A stretch of 64,000 nt of DNA from a bacterium (GCA_009924895.1 RFQR01000002.1:65368-129367), one strand, 5' to 3'; counted from the stretch's first letter, positions 29,665 to 38,778 are shown. Numbers and translations: made by a program. Notes: generated by a model from the letters alone, not told the origin.

Positions 29665-30090
29665 TGTTGATGATAGTGTTTAAAGAAAGAGGTATCGAGG
29701 AGTACCTAACATGTCACGTCTTGTTTTCTAAGCCGGAGTACCGGTAAGAAAAATTGGTCGCTAGCCACACAACGCCCCGTCTTCCTCTTTGTGCCCCACA
29801 ACTCAAAACTTTACCGTCGCAAAGTTTCGGTCGCCGGCCCCGCATCGCGGTTGTGTGTCGCTACATGCAACATCGCTGGGGCTTCCACAGACGCAGAAAA
29901 ACCTCCCGCAAGGGAATATATCTGGTCTATGTGGTCAGGGATATTTTCTTCGCCGCCGCTCACGAAATTTTCGGGAGATTTATAAGCAGAAGGAGACTCT
30001 CTCAAGAGCTCGAAAAGTTTTCGTCAAAACTTTTCTCCTCCCGGTCCTGTTCGGACATCCCCGCCTGCTAGCGGGTCCCCAGTCCTCACT

Positions 30091-30177
30091 TTTGAGTCTC
30101 CATGGAGTCCTACCAGTAATAACAAAACCGAGGCATGTCCTCGGTTTTGATTACTGGTGGACCCATGGAGACTCGAA
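30091..30177. repeat. Long inverted repeat pairing the tRNA 3' end with a downstream antisense copy
   Basis: TTTGAGTCTCCATGGAGTCCTACCAGTAAT (30091-30120) versus the reverse complement of 30150-30177, around inner hairpin CAAAACCGAGG/CCTCGGTTTTG. Confidence 0.85.
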
Positions 30178-30230
30178 CTCCAGACCTTCCGCTTGCAAAG
30201 CGGTTGCTCTACCAACTGAGCTATGGGCCC
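30155..30230 (-). tRNA. tRNA-Ala (UGC)
   Basis: GGGCCCATAGCTCAGTTGGTAGAGCAACCGCTTTGCAAGCGGAAGGTCTGGAGTTCGAGTCTCCATGGGTCCACCA: 76-nt cloverleaf, TGC anticodon, G3:U70, encoded CCA. Confidence 0.96.
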
Positions 30231-30374
30231 TTATAGGGGGTACTAGCTACAAGGAGATAGTGTTTAGAAAAACCAAACACAAATCCAAGCTAGGTGGACA
30301 CATTATGCAGTGGGTGCCATTTTTTCGCAATGGAGTGGAAAAATGAAGGCGGCACTCACAGAGTGCCGCCTCGG

Positions 30375-30596
30375 CTATCGTCCCAACCGTCCAAGCTGAT
30401 CCGCAACTTCACGCAGTGCGGTAGAAAGCTTTGTCGTGAGCTTGAGATGGATTGGGCCGTCAATGAAACAGACACCATTTTTATCTCCCAGACCCCACAC
30501 GGTTACTTCAGTGGGGTGCAGCGATACTCTAATTTGCGTGATACGAGTCAGGTCTTCATCGTTTAGCGGAGGCATGCTTCTGCGCAGATGTGCCAT
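30375..30596 (-). CDS. Small orphan protein
   Basis: GGGAG RBS; hairpin AGGCGGCACTC-ACA-GAGTGCCGCCT after the stop. Confidence 0.5.
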   Translation of the reverse strand: MAHLRRSMPPLNDEDLTRITQIRVSLHPTEVTVWGLGDKNGVCFIDGPIHLKLTTKLSTALREVADQLGRLGR

Positions 30597-30665
30597 TTTC
30601 AGTCTCCCACAGCGTTTAACTGGAGCTAACCTTACGCTACCTTGGCAGTGCCGTAAAGTACCGCC

Positions 30666-30693
30666 TTGACTTTGATTCAGAAAGCTCTATAAT
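30666..30693 (+). promoter_or_regulatory. Sigma70-type promoter for the RRM gene
   Basis: TTGACT-16 nt-TATAAT. Confidence 0.65.
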
Positions 30694-30790
30694 GTCCGCA
30701 AATGTACGTTTCCGCCCCGGTGCAGGTGTTTTGCCACGCAAGGTTTTAGGAAGGAGTCGATGTACATAGTTACAAAAAAAACATACTTGC

Positions 30791-31132
30791 ATGGCAAAAA
30801 AGCTTTATGTTGGTGGTCTGCCTTACGCAACTACCGACGCAGAACTCAAGGAGGCTTTCGCGAAGGCAGGATCTGTTGATTCGGCCACGATCATTATGGA
30901 TAAGATGACTGGTCGTTCAAAGGGTTTTGGTTTCGTTGAAATGTCTTCTGACGAGGAAGCACAGGCTGCTATCGACATGTGGAACGGGAAGGATTTCGGC
31001 GGGCGTACGCTCACCGTGAATGAAGCTCGTCCCTTGGAGGCTCGTCCTCCCCGCCGCGAATACGGCGGTGATCGTGGCGGTTACAGTGGCGGAGGCTACG
31101 GTGGTGGAAACCGCGGTGGTGGTCGCTGGTAA
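30791..31132 (+). CDS. RRM RNA-binding protein with Gly-rich tail
   Basis: RNP2 LYVGGL, RNP1 KGFGFVEM, VNEARP, GGRGG tail. Confidence 0.95.
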   Translation: MAKKLYVGGLPYATTDAELKEAFAKAGSVDSATIIMDKMTGRSKGFGFVEMSSDEEAQAAIDMWNGKDFGGRTLTVNEARPLEARPPRREYGGDRGGYSGGGYGGGNRGGGRW

Positions 31133-31151
31133 TTTCTCGAGACTCACTCTC

Positions 31152-31181
31152 GCAAAGAGCCCCTGAAAGGGGGCTCTTTGC
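31152..31181 (+). terminator. Terminator hairpin
   Basis: GCAAAGAGCCCCT-GAAA-GGGGGCTCTTTGC. Confidence 0.8.
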
Positions 31182-31235
31182 TATCCAAAAGTGCTTCAAA
31201 TCTTATTTTCTACAAACGTGGTAGCATTTCCCGTA

Positions 31236-31781
31236 ATGGAACGCATGCCTCGTACGTCTTTTTCAGCAGAGCATGGCACTGAGAGCCCTGTTGAGCGCAT
31301 GTTTTTGCAATCGTACGATGATTATGCTAACGCACTCTTCCGCCATGCAGTGCTGCGGGTTCGCGATCGCGACCTTGCTCGAGATCTGGTGCAAGAGACA
31401 TTTACCCGCGTATGGGACTACCTTGCAAAAGGGAAATCCATCGAGCATGTACGAGCCTTTTTGTACCGCACGCTCAACAGCGCGCTCGTTGATGCCATGA
31501 GAAAAAAGCGACCCGTATCACTGGATCAGCTTGCCGAAGATGATGGATTTGATCCGCCTGAAGAGTACACTGATCCGACGCCCGAGGTGCGCGAAGAATA
31601 CCGAGCAGCACTTCATATGGTGAACGCGCTCGACGATCGATACAAAACCCCGCTTTTGATGCGCTATGTCGATGGGCTTTCGCCGAAAGAAATAGCTGCG
31701 CTTCTTGGGGTTACCGAAAATGTCGTCTCGGTGCGGATTCATCGTGGTCTCAAAGAGTTGCGAGGATCACTTCGTCAATAA
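31236..31781 (+). CDS. ECF-type RNA polymerase sigma factor
   Basis: Region 2 (ARDLVQETF..VW, FLYR..N...D..RK) and region 4 (GLSPKEIA..LG...VSVRIHRG). Confidence 0.92.
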   Translation: MERMPRTSFSAEHGTESPVERMFLQSYDDYANALFRHAVLRVRDRDLARDLVQETFTRVWDYLAKGKSIEHVRAFLYRTLNSALVDAMRKKRPVSLDQLAEDDGFDPPEEYTDPTPEVREEYRAALHMVNALDDRYKTPLLMRYVDGLSPKEIAALLGVTENVVSVRIHRGLKELRGSLRQ

Positions 31782-31784
31782 GCT

Positions 31785-32912
31785 ATGGAATACTTCAACG
31801 AACATATTAATCGAATACAAAAAGCGGCGGGCGATGTCGGGCTTTCCGAGAGCGAGAAGGCTCGCGTGCGTACGCACGTCTATTCATACATGCGCGCCCA
31901 CCCAGTTCGTACGGGATTTTTTGCGCGCTTTCACCTATGGCTTAGTGAAGAATTTTTGGTGGCACGACTGCACCCGATTGCGCTTGGCCTCGTCTGTGCG
32001 GTGACAATAAGTGCTGGGAGCGCGTATGCTGCAGAAGGTTCGCTCCCGGGAGATCGTTTATATCCTATCAAACTAAACGTCACAGAACCTCTCCAGCGTT
32101 TTGCTGCGTGGACTCCACAGTCGCGTGCGCAGGTCGCACTGTTGCATACACAGCGACGCCTTGAGGAGGCAGAAGCGCTCGTCGCGCGCGGAGCACTCAC
32201 GGACGAGAATCAAAAAGATTTGACTCAGCGAATTACACAGCATGCAGTTGAATTGGAATCGGAAGCAGAAAAACAAGATGATTCTCAGGCGCTCGCAGTT
32301 CGTTCTGACTTTGAGGCGGTACTCAGTGCACATGCTGACGTCCTTGACGAGGTGGCGCTTGATCCTGAAGATGGCACCGTGCTGCAGCCAGTACTTGCGG
32401 TAGTACGTGAGCGTGAGTATCGTTTGCGGGAGCTGCGCGCGGCTTTTGCACGCCAAAAAGAAACTGAGGCGACAGGAACGGTGCTTGCACTGGTAGAGCG
32501 CCATCGCGCTCACGCGGAGGAAAAAATGAAGATGTCACCGGGTACTGACCTTGCTGCCGCTCGTAGTGCTTCATCCGGACCAGAAAGTGATTTTGGTCGT
32601 GGCAATGAAGACTTGCGAGAGGGTAATCTCGTGCCCGCACTCATAGCGTTTGACGATGCTGCACGTGGTGCAGAAAAAATGCGTGAGCGAAAAGTGGCAG
32701 AGAGTCGCCTGCGTGAGCGGCTTGCGATGCGTGACATGTCTCGTGCTAAACACAGTAATGAAGGGGTTTCTGGTCAAGAGAGTGCTGCAAGTATGCCGAA
32801 TCCCGCCGCAGCGACAATGATGATGGTGTTGCCCGCATCATCAACGGCAACCTCTACCGCTACGAGTACCGAGCCCTTACCTGAAGAACACAAAAAACGA
32901 GAAGACCGTTAA
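31785..32912 (+). CDS. DUF5667-like single-TM helical protein (candidate anti-sigma factor)
   Basis: Directly follows the ECF sigma; TM, then SLPGD.LYPIK...RRLEEA. Confidence 0.7.
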   Translation: MEYFNEHINRIQKAAGDVGLSESEKARVRTHVYSYMRAHPVRTGFFARFHLWLSEEFLVARLHPIALGLVCAVTISAGSAYAAEGSLPGDRLYPIKLNVTEPLQRFAAWTPQSRAQVALLHTQRRLEEAEALVARGALTDENQKDLTQRITQHAVELESEAEKQDDSQALAVRSDFEAVLSAHADVLDEVALDPEDGTVLQPVLAVVREREYRLRELRAAFARQKETEATGTVLALVERHRAHAEEKMKMSPGTDLAAARSASSGPESDFGRGNEDLREGNLVPALIAFDDAARGAEKMRERKVAESRLRERLAMRDMSRAKHSNEGVSGQESAASMPNPAAATMMMVLPASSTATSTATSTEPLPEEHKKREDR

Positions 32913-32961
32913 TCCACATTATCTTCGTCACTCAAGTATAAATTCGCCTATACTTAGGCGT

Positions 32962-34080
32962 GTGAACACTACTTCGGCATACGCAGCGCATCGTGCGCTT
33001 CTTCGAGTGGTGCAAGTCTCGGGCGGGCTTTTTGTATGGGTTGCTTTATATGCCGCGCTCACTCTCTCGCTTCATGACGTTCGATCGGCTTTTATTGGCA
33101 TCGTTCTTGCCTATGCACTCTCGCACGCGCTGACGATACTCTTCCTGCCATTGTGTATGGAAGGAATTGAGAACGGAATTCGTCGCATGATGCTTTTAGG
33201 AACAGGGGTGCTTTCGTTTTCCTTCGCATTTCTTGCGCTCACGTTTGGTGCCTGGGGTGACGAAGGGACATTATGGAATGTCATGATATTTGCGGCACTA
33301 TGGGGCCTGTATCGCACACTGTATCTTGTCCCCTATGAAGTTGCTTCGCGAACTCGCAGAAGTCTTCTTGTGGAATTTTGTTTGACCATTGTTCCTTTTT
33401 TGACCGCGCTCATGTTCGTTCTTTTTGATGAAGGCCCGCGCGGTGTCTTCGTAGCATCTTCAATCCTTACGCTACTCTCAATGCTGCCGCTATTCTCGGT
33501 TCCTGACTCACGAGAATATTTTGCGTGGAGCAGTGGGGAAGTGTATCGACGACTCTTTGACGTTCGTTCGCGTGAGCTCGTTGTGCGAGCGTTTCTCGGA
33601 GGCCTCGAGCGGGCCGCATTCCTGCTTGTATGGTCCCTGGTTATTCTTACGTGGGTCAAATCGCTTCTTCTCTGGGGAATTATTATGTCATTCACGCTGC
33701 TTACAATGATGCTCTTTGCACTCGTTCGTGCCCGTGTGCACCGTGCAATGCCACAGACGCCACTTGTTTTGGAGACCGCTCGCATATCGACATGGATTTT
33801 GCGCGGACTCGCTGCTTCACCTGCAGGAGTACTCTTTGTCCAGCTTTACAGTATTGCAATGCCGCAGAGCGTGATTCACGATGTCTCTGACGCCGGCATT
33901 TATATTGATGAATACACGGCACTCAAAGAAGTCGCTGCATCAATCGGCGCAGTTCTTTTGTGTGCTTTTGCAGCATTGTGCGCCACGATACTTTCTATAC
34001 CACTGACGGCGTTTTGGTGCTTTGTACTCGTTGCCGTACTCGGGACCTTTGTTCGTCTTACTCAATACGAACGGTTTTAA
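32962..34080 (+). CDS. Multi-pass membrane protein (MFS-like)
   Basis: About 11-12 hydrophobic segments. Confidence 0.65.
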   Translation: MNTTSAYAAHRALLRVVQVSGGLFVWVALYAALTLSLHDVRSAFIGIVLAYALSHALTILFLPLCMEGIENGIRRMMLLGTGVLSFSFAFLALTFGAWGDEGTLWNVMIFAALWGLYRTLYLVPYEVASRTRRSLLVEFCLTIVPFLTALMFVLFDEGPRGVFVASSILTLLSMLPLFSVPDSREYFAWSSGEVYRRLFDVRSRELVVRAFLGGLERAAFLLVWSLVILTWVKSLLLWGIIMSFTLLTMMLFALVRARVHRAMPQTPLVLETARISTWILRGLAASPAGVLFVQLYSIAMPQSVIHDVSDAGIYIDEYTALKEVAASIGAVLLCAFAALCATILSIPLTAFWCFVLVAVLGTFVRLTQYERF

Positions 34081-34526
34081 TCAAAGAGTTTTGTTACCAC
34101 CTCTTTCACGTCGCTGCCGTCTGCGCGGCCTGCAAACTCTTTCATCACGGCACCCATAAGTTTACCTATACCTGCTTTATCCACGTTCATTTCTTCCTTT
34201 TTAGCGCGAGCAACTTTCTCAATTTCTTCTTTCGAAGCGCCTGCGGGAATATACGCCTTAATGTAAGTGAGTTCTTTTGCTTCTTTTTCTGCAAGTTCTG
34301 GCCTGCCACCCGCAGTGAACTGCTCGATAGAATCTTGGCGTTGTTTTGCAAGGCGCTTCAACACCACAATCATTTCGTCGTCGGTAAGGGCGTCGGTAGG
34401 TTTTTTCATCTTCGCAACAAGCTCATTCGTAAACGCCGCAAGCGCACCGCGGAGTGTTTGCACGCGGACGTCGTCTTTTGCTTTCATTGCTTCCTTTAAG
34501 TCATCTCGTATGTTCTGATTGAGCAT
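34077..34526 (-). CDS. GatB/YqeY domain protein
   Basis: DLKEAMKAKD...KQRQDSIEQF..GGR.ELAEKE...GKLMG.VM...GRADG. Confidence 0.93.
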   Translation of the reverse strand: MLNQNIRDDLKEAMKAKDDVRVQTLRGALAAFTNELVAKMKKPTDALTDDEMIVVLKRLAKQRQDSIEQFTAGGRPELAEKEAKELTYIKAYIPAGASKEEIEKVARAKKEEMNVDKAGIGKLMGAVMKEFAGRADGSDVKEVVTKLFD

Positions 34527-34562
34527 ATACGACGCAGTATAGCATCATGCTACAATCGTGCC

Positions 34563-35639
34563 ATGGAGACCATTCTGCTGCTCGTTCTCATTGCTGGTGT
34601 CGCTCTAGTTTTGTATTTGCAGTTTTCTGGTAGTCAAAAGAAAGAAAACATCGATAGTCTTTTGATACTGCAAAATCAAGTGCAGTCACTTACGAAATCG
34701 CTGGAAGAAAAATTAGGAGAAGGAACAGAGCGCATGTTTGAGTCAATCGAGCGTCAATTTGGTGAATCAAAGCGCTTAGCAACTGATATTCGCGACTTGG
34801 TCGGAAAACAGCTTTCTGACATTACGCGTGAGCAGACAAAAACCAACGAGGCGACAGGGCGATTCGTTACGATTGCAGAACAGCTTGCAAACCTCGAAAA
34901 GACGCTCAAGCACCAAAAGCAGCGCGGAAATCTAGGCGAGGCATCGCTTGAACTCAGTCTAAGCAACATTCTTCCGCCAGGAACCTTCAAAATGCAATAC
35001 GAATTTCCTGGCGGAGAGACCGTTGATGCGGCAATTATTACCAAGGAGGGAATTATCCCGATTGATGCAAAGTTCTCTTTGGATAACTACAGCCGAGTAG
35101 TGAACGCGATTGACGACACTCAAAAGGCGGAGCTTGAGAAACAGTTTAAAAACGATTTGAAGCTACGCATCGATGAAACGGCAAAATACGTGCGACCAAA
35201 AGACGGCACGCTTCCTTTTGCGTTTATGTATATTCCTGCCGAGGGTATCTACTACGACCTTCTCGTGAATGAGGTGGGCTCGGTTAAGGTCAATACAAGG
35301 AACTTGATTGATTATGCATACTCCGAAAAGAAAGTGATTATTGTCTCGCCAACGACATTTGCTGCGTACCTGCAATCAGTTCTCTATGGATTCAAAGCAT
35401 TCAAGATTGAGGAGACTGCAAAAGATATTGCAAAAAACGTCGAGGCTCTCGGCAGACACTTAAAGGCCTACGAGGACTTCTACAAAAAGCTTGGCACTTC
35501 GCTCTCTACCACCGTCAATCATTTTAATGCGGGTCAAAAGGAGCTCGGCAAGATTGATAAAGATGTTCTCAAGATAACGGGGGAAAGTGTGGGGTTTGAC
35601 GGGCTTCCAATAGGCAAACCTGAGGTAATTGATGGCTAA
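34563..35639 (+). CDS. rmuC: DNA recombination protein RmuC
   Basis: N-terminal TM and coiled coil; RG.LGE..L, IDAKF, T..FA.MYIPAEG, VSPTT. Confidence 0.92.
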   Translation: METILLLVLIAGVALVLYLQFSGSQKKENIDSLLILQNQVQSLTKSLEEKLGEGTERMFESIERQFGESKRLATDIRDLVGKQLSDITREQTKTNEATGRFVTIAEQLANLEKTLKHQKQRGNLGEASLELSLSNILPPGTFKMQYEFPGGETVDAAIITKEGIIPIDAKFSLDNYSRVVNAIDDTQKAELEKQFKNDLKLRIDETAKYVRPKDGTLPFAFMYIPAEGIYYDLLVNEVGSVKVNTRNLIDYAYSEKKVIIVSPTTFAAYLQSVLYGFKAFKIEETAKDIAKNVEALGRHLKAYEDFYKKLGTSLSTTVNHFNAGQKELGKIDKDVLKITGESVGFDGLPIGKPEVIDG

Positions 35640-35680
35640 CTACAAAAAGGTGACGCCGCTCTTGGAGCGGCGTCTGGTCG

Positions 35681-35812
35681 TCAGGAGAGGGATTTGAGGA
35701 CAAGTCCCCCAAAAAGGATGACGACGAACAAGGCGCTGTTCACTGAGTTGTAGCGGATTCCAAAGAATGTGATTGCTAGGATACCGTACCACCATGCATC
35801 AAAGGTTGACAT
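35681..35812 (-). CDS. Small membrane protein (43 aa, not in ORF track)
   Basis: Hand translation MSTFDAWWYGILAITFFGIRYNSVNSALFVVILFGGLVLKSLS; GGAG RBS; hairpin GACGCCGCTC-TTG-GAGCGGCGTC downstream. Confidence 0.6.
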   Translation of the reverse strand: MSTFDAWWYGILAITFFGIRYNSVNSALFVVILFGGLVLKSLS

Positions 35813-35863
35813 GTAGACTCTCCAATTGTTTAAAAATAATCTTAACACTATTTATATAGGATG

Positions 35864-35983
35864 TTAATAAATTGATGTCAGAAGTTTCTGTTCTCGTTTA
35901 TGGCGTTCGAGGGCAAGCTAGATGAGTTTGTCTACCAATTCAGTTTGTGACATACCTGTCGCTCCCCATAACTTTGGATACAT
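35864..35983 (-). pseudogene. Relic C-terminus of a canonical D-Ala-D-Ala ligase
   Basis: Translates MYPKLWGATGMSQTELVDKLI*LALERHKREQKLLTSIY*, matching the DdlA-type tail SMYPKLW..SG....L...LI.LALERH; has an internal TAG. Confidence 0.75.
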
Positions 35984-36053
35984 AGTAACGGTACTGGAAG
36001 TGTTACCCTTGCACTATGCTGGAAAAATTTTTTAGGAAATGTAGTATGCATGT

Positions 36054-36746
36054 ATGGCACAAAAGAAGAAAGTTGCAGTCTTCGACGTTGATGGCACTAT
36101 TTTCCGATCAAGTCTTTTCGTTGAGCTCACTGAGCGGCTTATTGATAAAGGGGTATTTCCGCAGTATGCGCGCGGCGTGTATGAGCGTGCTCACAAGCGC
36201 TGGATTGAACGCGAGGGGGATTACGAAGCGTACATCGGCGGAGTTGTTGAGGCGTTCAGAACTCACATTCAAGGCGTGTATTACGGTATTTTTGCTGACA
36301 CCGCAAAAGAAGTGGTGAATGCACACTGGAAGCGCACCTACCGCTTTACGCGCGATCTTATACAAGATTTAAAAATGAAAGATTACTTTCTTCTGGCAGT
36401 ATCTCATTCTCCTAAAACGATTCTCGATCAGTTTTGTCCCCGGCTAGGCTTCGACAAGGTGTATGGCGTTATGTACGAACTGGGTGCACAAGACAGGTTT
36501 ACCGGAGAAATCATGGATGAGCATCTTATTTTTAATAAAGCGAGTATTGTGAAGCGGGCACTGGAGAAGGAGAACCTCACCCTTACGCGCTCTATTGGTG
36601 TAGGTGATACTGAAGGTGATATTTCGTTTTTGGAACTCATGGCAAAGCCAATTTGTTTTAATCCGAATCAAAAACTGTATCGCTATGCGCGCCGGATGGA
36701 TTGGAATGTGGTAGTTGAACGAAAAGACGTCATTTATGAGCTTTAA
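36054..36746 (+). CDS. HAD-IB family hydrolase
   Basis: FDVDGT, VSHS, K, GDT.GD, NP motifs. Confidence 0.9.
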   Translation: MAQKKKVAVFDVDGTIFRSSLFVELTERLIDKGVFPQYARGVYERAHKRWIEREGDYEAYIGGVVEAFRTHIQGVYYGIFADTAKEVVNAHWKRTYRFTRDLIQDLKMKDYFLLAVSHSPKTILDQFCPRLGFDKVYGVMYELGAQDRFTGEIMDEHLIFNKASIVKRALEKENLTLTRSIGVGDTEGDISFLELMAKPICFNPNQKLYRYARRMDWNVVVERKDVIYEL

Positions 36747-37467
36747 GGTGATTATTGGTTTTGGCATCGGAGTATATATAGCATTCATCGCCATCTCTCT
36801 TTTTGTTGCAAAACAGTGGGGGAACGAGATAGCACGCAATACTGCACCGTTTTTGCGCGAGAAAGGGTCTATTTCCCTGTTGGTCCTCGGTGACAGTACC
36901 GCCTATGGTGTCGGCGCCTCGGCTCCTGACAAAAGTGTGCCGGGGCGTTTAGCAGATTTTCTAAATGGGTCAGTAGAAAATTATGCTCGCTCGGGTGCGC
37001 TCACGAGAGAGATACGAGATCAATTTTTACAGTCACAACGTTCTCGCTACGATCTTGTGCTTATTCAGGTCGGTGCGAACGATGTCATGTTTGGAAAATC
37101 ACTTGAAAGCGCTGCACGTTCTTTGCAGGAAACAATACGGCTCGTTCACTCAAAATCTGAGCGAGTCCTTGTTCTTACTGCGGGGGATATAGGCTTAGCA
37201 GAGATATTTCCCTGGCCTCTCTCGACGATATTTTCCTACCGTACACGCATCTTACGTGAAGCATTTAAGCGTGTCTGTGTTGAGGAAAAAGCAGTATATG
37301 TCGATATCTATGCTCAACCCGACATTTTTGGGACTGCTCCTCACAAGTACTATGCGAAAGATGGTCTTCATCTTTTGGATTCGGGATATGAATACTGGTT
37401 TGATATAGTGCGCGGGTATGTCGAGAAAAACTGGCCCGAACTTACCACAACTGCGCGCGTTCACTAG
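36736..37467 (+). CDS. SGNH/GDSL hydrolase
   Basis: N-terminal TM; GDS, SGA, GAND and DGLH blocks. Confidence 0.9.
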   Translation: MSFKVIIGFGIGVYIAFIAISLFVAKQWGNEIARNTAPFLREKGSISLLVLGDSTAYGVGASAPDKSVPGRLADFLNGSVENYARSGALTREIRDQFLQSQRSRYDLVLIQVGANDVMFGKSLESAARSLQETIRLVHSKSERVLVLTAGDIGLAEIFPWPLSTIFSYRTRILREAFKRVCVEEKAVYVDIYAQPDIFGTAPHKYYAKDGLHLLDSGYEYWFDIVRGYVEKNWPELTTTARVH

Positions 37468-38311
37468 GGAAGTTGTATCTTTTTACCGCACACAGGGAAG
37501 GCATGATTTACCGTGGCGACGGACACGGGACCCGTATCATATTCTTGTTTCCGAAATAATGCTCCAACAAACGCAGGTTGAGAGGGTTTTACCGTTTTAT
37601 CTGCGATTTCTAGAGAAATTTCCGACAATTGAGGTGCTAGCGTCGGTACACCTTTCTGATGTGCTCAAACTATGGCAAGGCCTGGGTTACAACCGTCGTG
37701 CAAAGATGCTTTACGAGGCATCTAAGGAGGTTATTGAGCGTTTTGATGGTGCTATGCCGCGATCACGAGAAGAGCTTGAATCACTCCCAGGGATTGGTCA
37801 CTATACGGCAGGCGCCGTACGGGCATTTGCGTTTAACGAACCTGATGTTTTTATTGAAACCAATATTCGTACCGTACTCATACATCATTTCTTCCCGCAC
37901 AAAAACAGCGTGGATGATGCTGATTTACTACCAATTTTGCAAAAACTAGTCACCCCACTTAATTTGTGCAAGTCAGACTTGCACAATAAGAATACAGAAA
38001 ACAAAAAAAGCAAGCAGCATGGCAGTGCACAGGACGCGATTGATGTGCGGACGTGGTACGCCGCGCTGATGGACTACGGCTCACATCTCAAGAAGATTCA
38101 TCCTAATCCATCTCGAAAAAGCAAACACCACACAAAACAGTCAAAGTTTGAGGGCTCGTTGCGGCAGATGCGGGGAGAGATTGTGCGTGCGCTCAGTAAT
38201 GGAACAAAGCTTGGCTATCTAAAACGAGACATGCGGTTTGAAAAAGCCGTTGAGGGCCTTGAAAAAGACGGCATGATACAAAAGAAAAGGGAAACATGGA
38301 TACTAGTGTAA
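37418..38311 (+). CDS. mutY: A/G-specific adenine glycosylase, Fe-S-less (start uncertain)
   Basis: LPWR, VSEIMLQQTQV, WQGLGYNRRA, LPGIG.YTA, ALMDYG. Confidence 0.88.
   Translation: MSRKTGPNLPQLRAFTREVVSFYRTQGRHDLPWRRTRDPYHILVSEIMLQQTQVERVLPFYLRFLEKFPTIEVLASVHLSDVLKLWQGLGYNRRAKMLYEASKEVIERFDGAMPRSREELESLPGIGHYTAGAVRAFAFNEPDVFIETNIRTVLIHHFFPHKNSVDDADLLPILQKLVTPLNLCKSDLHNKNTENKKSKQHGSAQDAIDVRTWYAALMDYGSHLKKIHPNPSRKSKHHTKQSKFEGSLRQMRGEIVRALSNGTKLGYLKRDMRFEKAVEGLEKDGMIQKKRETWILV
37964..37986. repeat. 23-bp palindrome TTGTGCAAGTC-A-GACTTGCACAA inside mutY
   Basis: Same arms as the copies at 50567 and 50618. Confidence 0.9.
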
Positions 38312-38352
38312 ATGAATGCGGGTCGCTGCAGTGCGCAGCGACCCGCTCGTTG

Positions 38353-38778
38353 TCACAGTGGCAGATACGGTCGCGCGAGCGACCACAGCCACTCTTTTTG
38401 CGCCCAGAGCGCGGCCCCGAGCCCGATTTGAAATAGGCTCATCGTTACCCGTTGTTTGAGTGGACGGCTGCGGTATACAACCCTGTCACGGTACTCGACG
38501 CGAGCCGCATCGGTTGTCTGAGTGCTCAGCTCACCTCCAGCGAGTAGTTTTGCAAGCTGGATGCGAAGTGTGTGAGCGAATCTGCCGAGATACGGTGCAA
38601 GGACTTTGCTGAGTGTCGTACGCACCCAAGCAGGCGTATACTTGTAGATGAACAGCGCCATACAGAAGTAGAAGGCGGTCTGAATGAACCATCCGAAGAA
38701 AGGGAGTGCAAACGCGATGTTGAGCGTTCCCCACACCACCTTCCACACGGCTTTCAGTACAAGGTAGATTTCGTACAT
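38353..38778 (-). CDS. Orphan membrane protein
   Basis: AGGAG RBS, hydrophobic segments, hairpin GCGGGTCGCTGC-AGTGC-GCAGCGACCCGC after the stop. Confidence 0.6.
   Translation of the reverse strand: MYEIYLVLKAVWKVVWGTLNIAFALPFFGWFIQTAFYFCMALFIYKYTPAWVRTTLSKVLAPYLGRFAHTLRIQLAKLLAGGELSTQTTDAARVEYRDRVVYRSRPLKQRVTMSLFQIGLGAALWAQKEWLWSLARPYLPL

Noticed and set aside
30091-30230. attL/attR of a prophage or island at tRNA-Ala
   Set aside because: The tRNA-end copy is inverted rather than direct, and no integrase or phage genes are in the window.
29458-30346. Track ORFs 29458-29655(-), 29754-30071, 29789-30346 and 29811-30005
   Set aside because: They overlap the tRNA, the hairpin region or the better zinc-ribbon ORF, and show no protein-like motifs.
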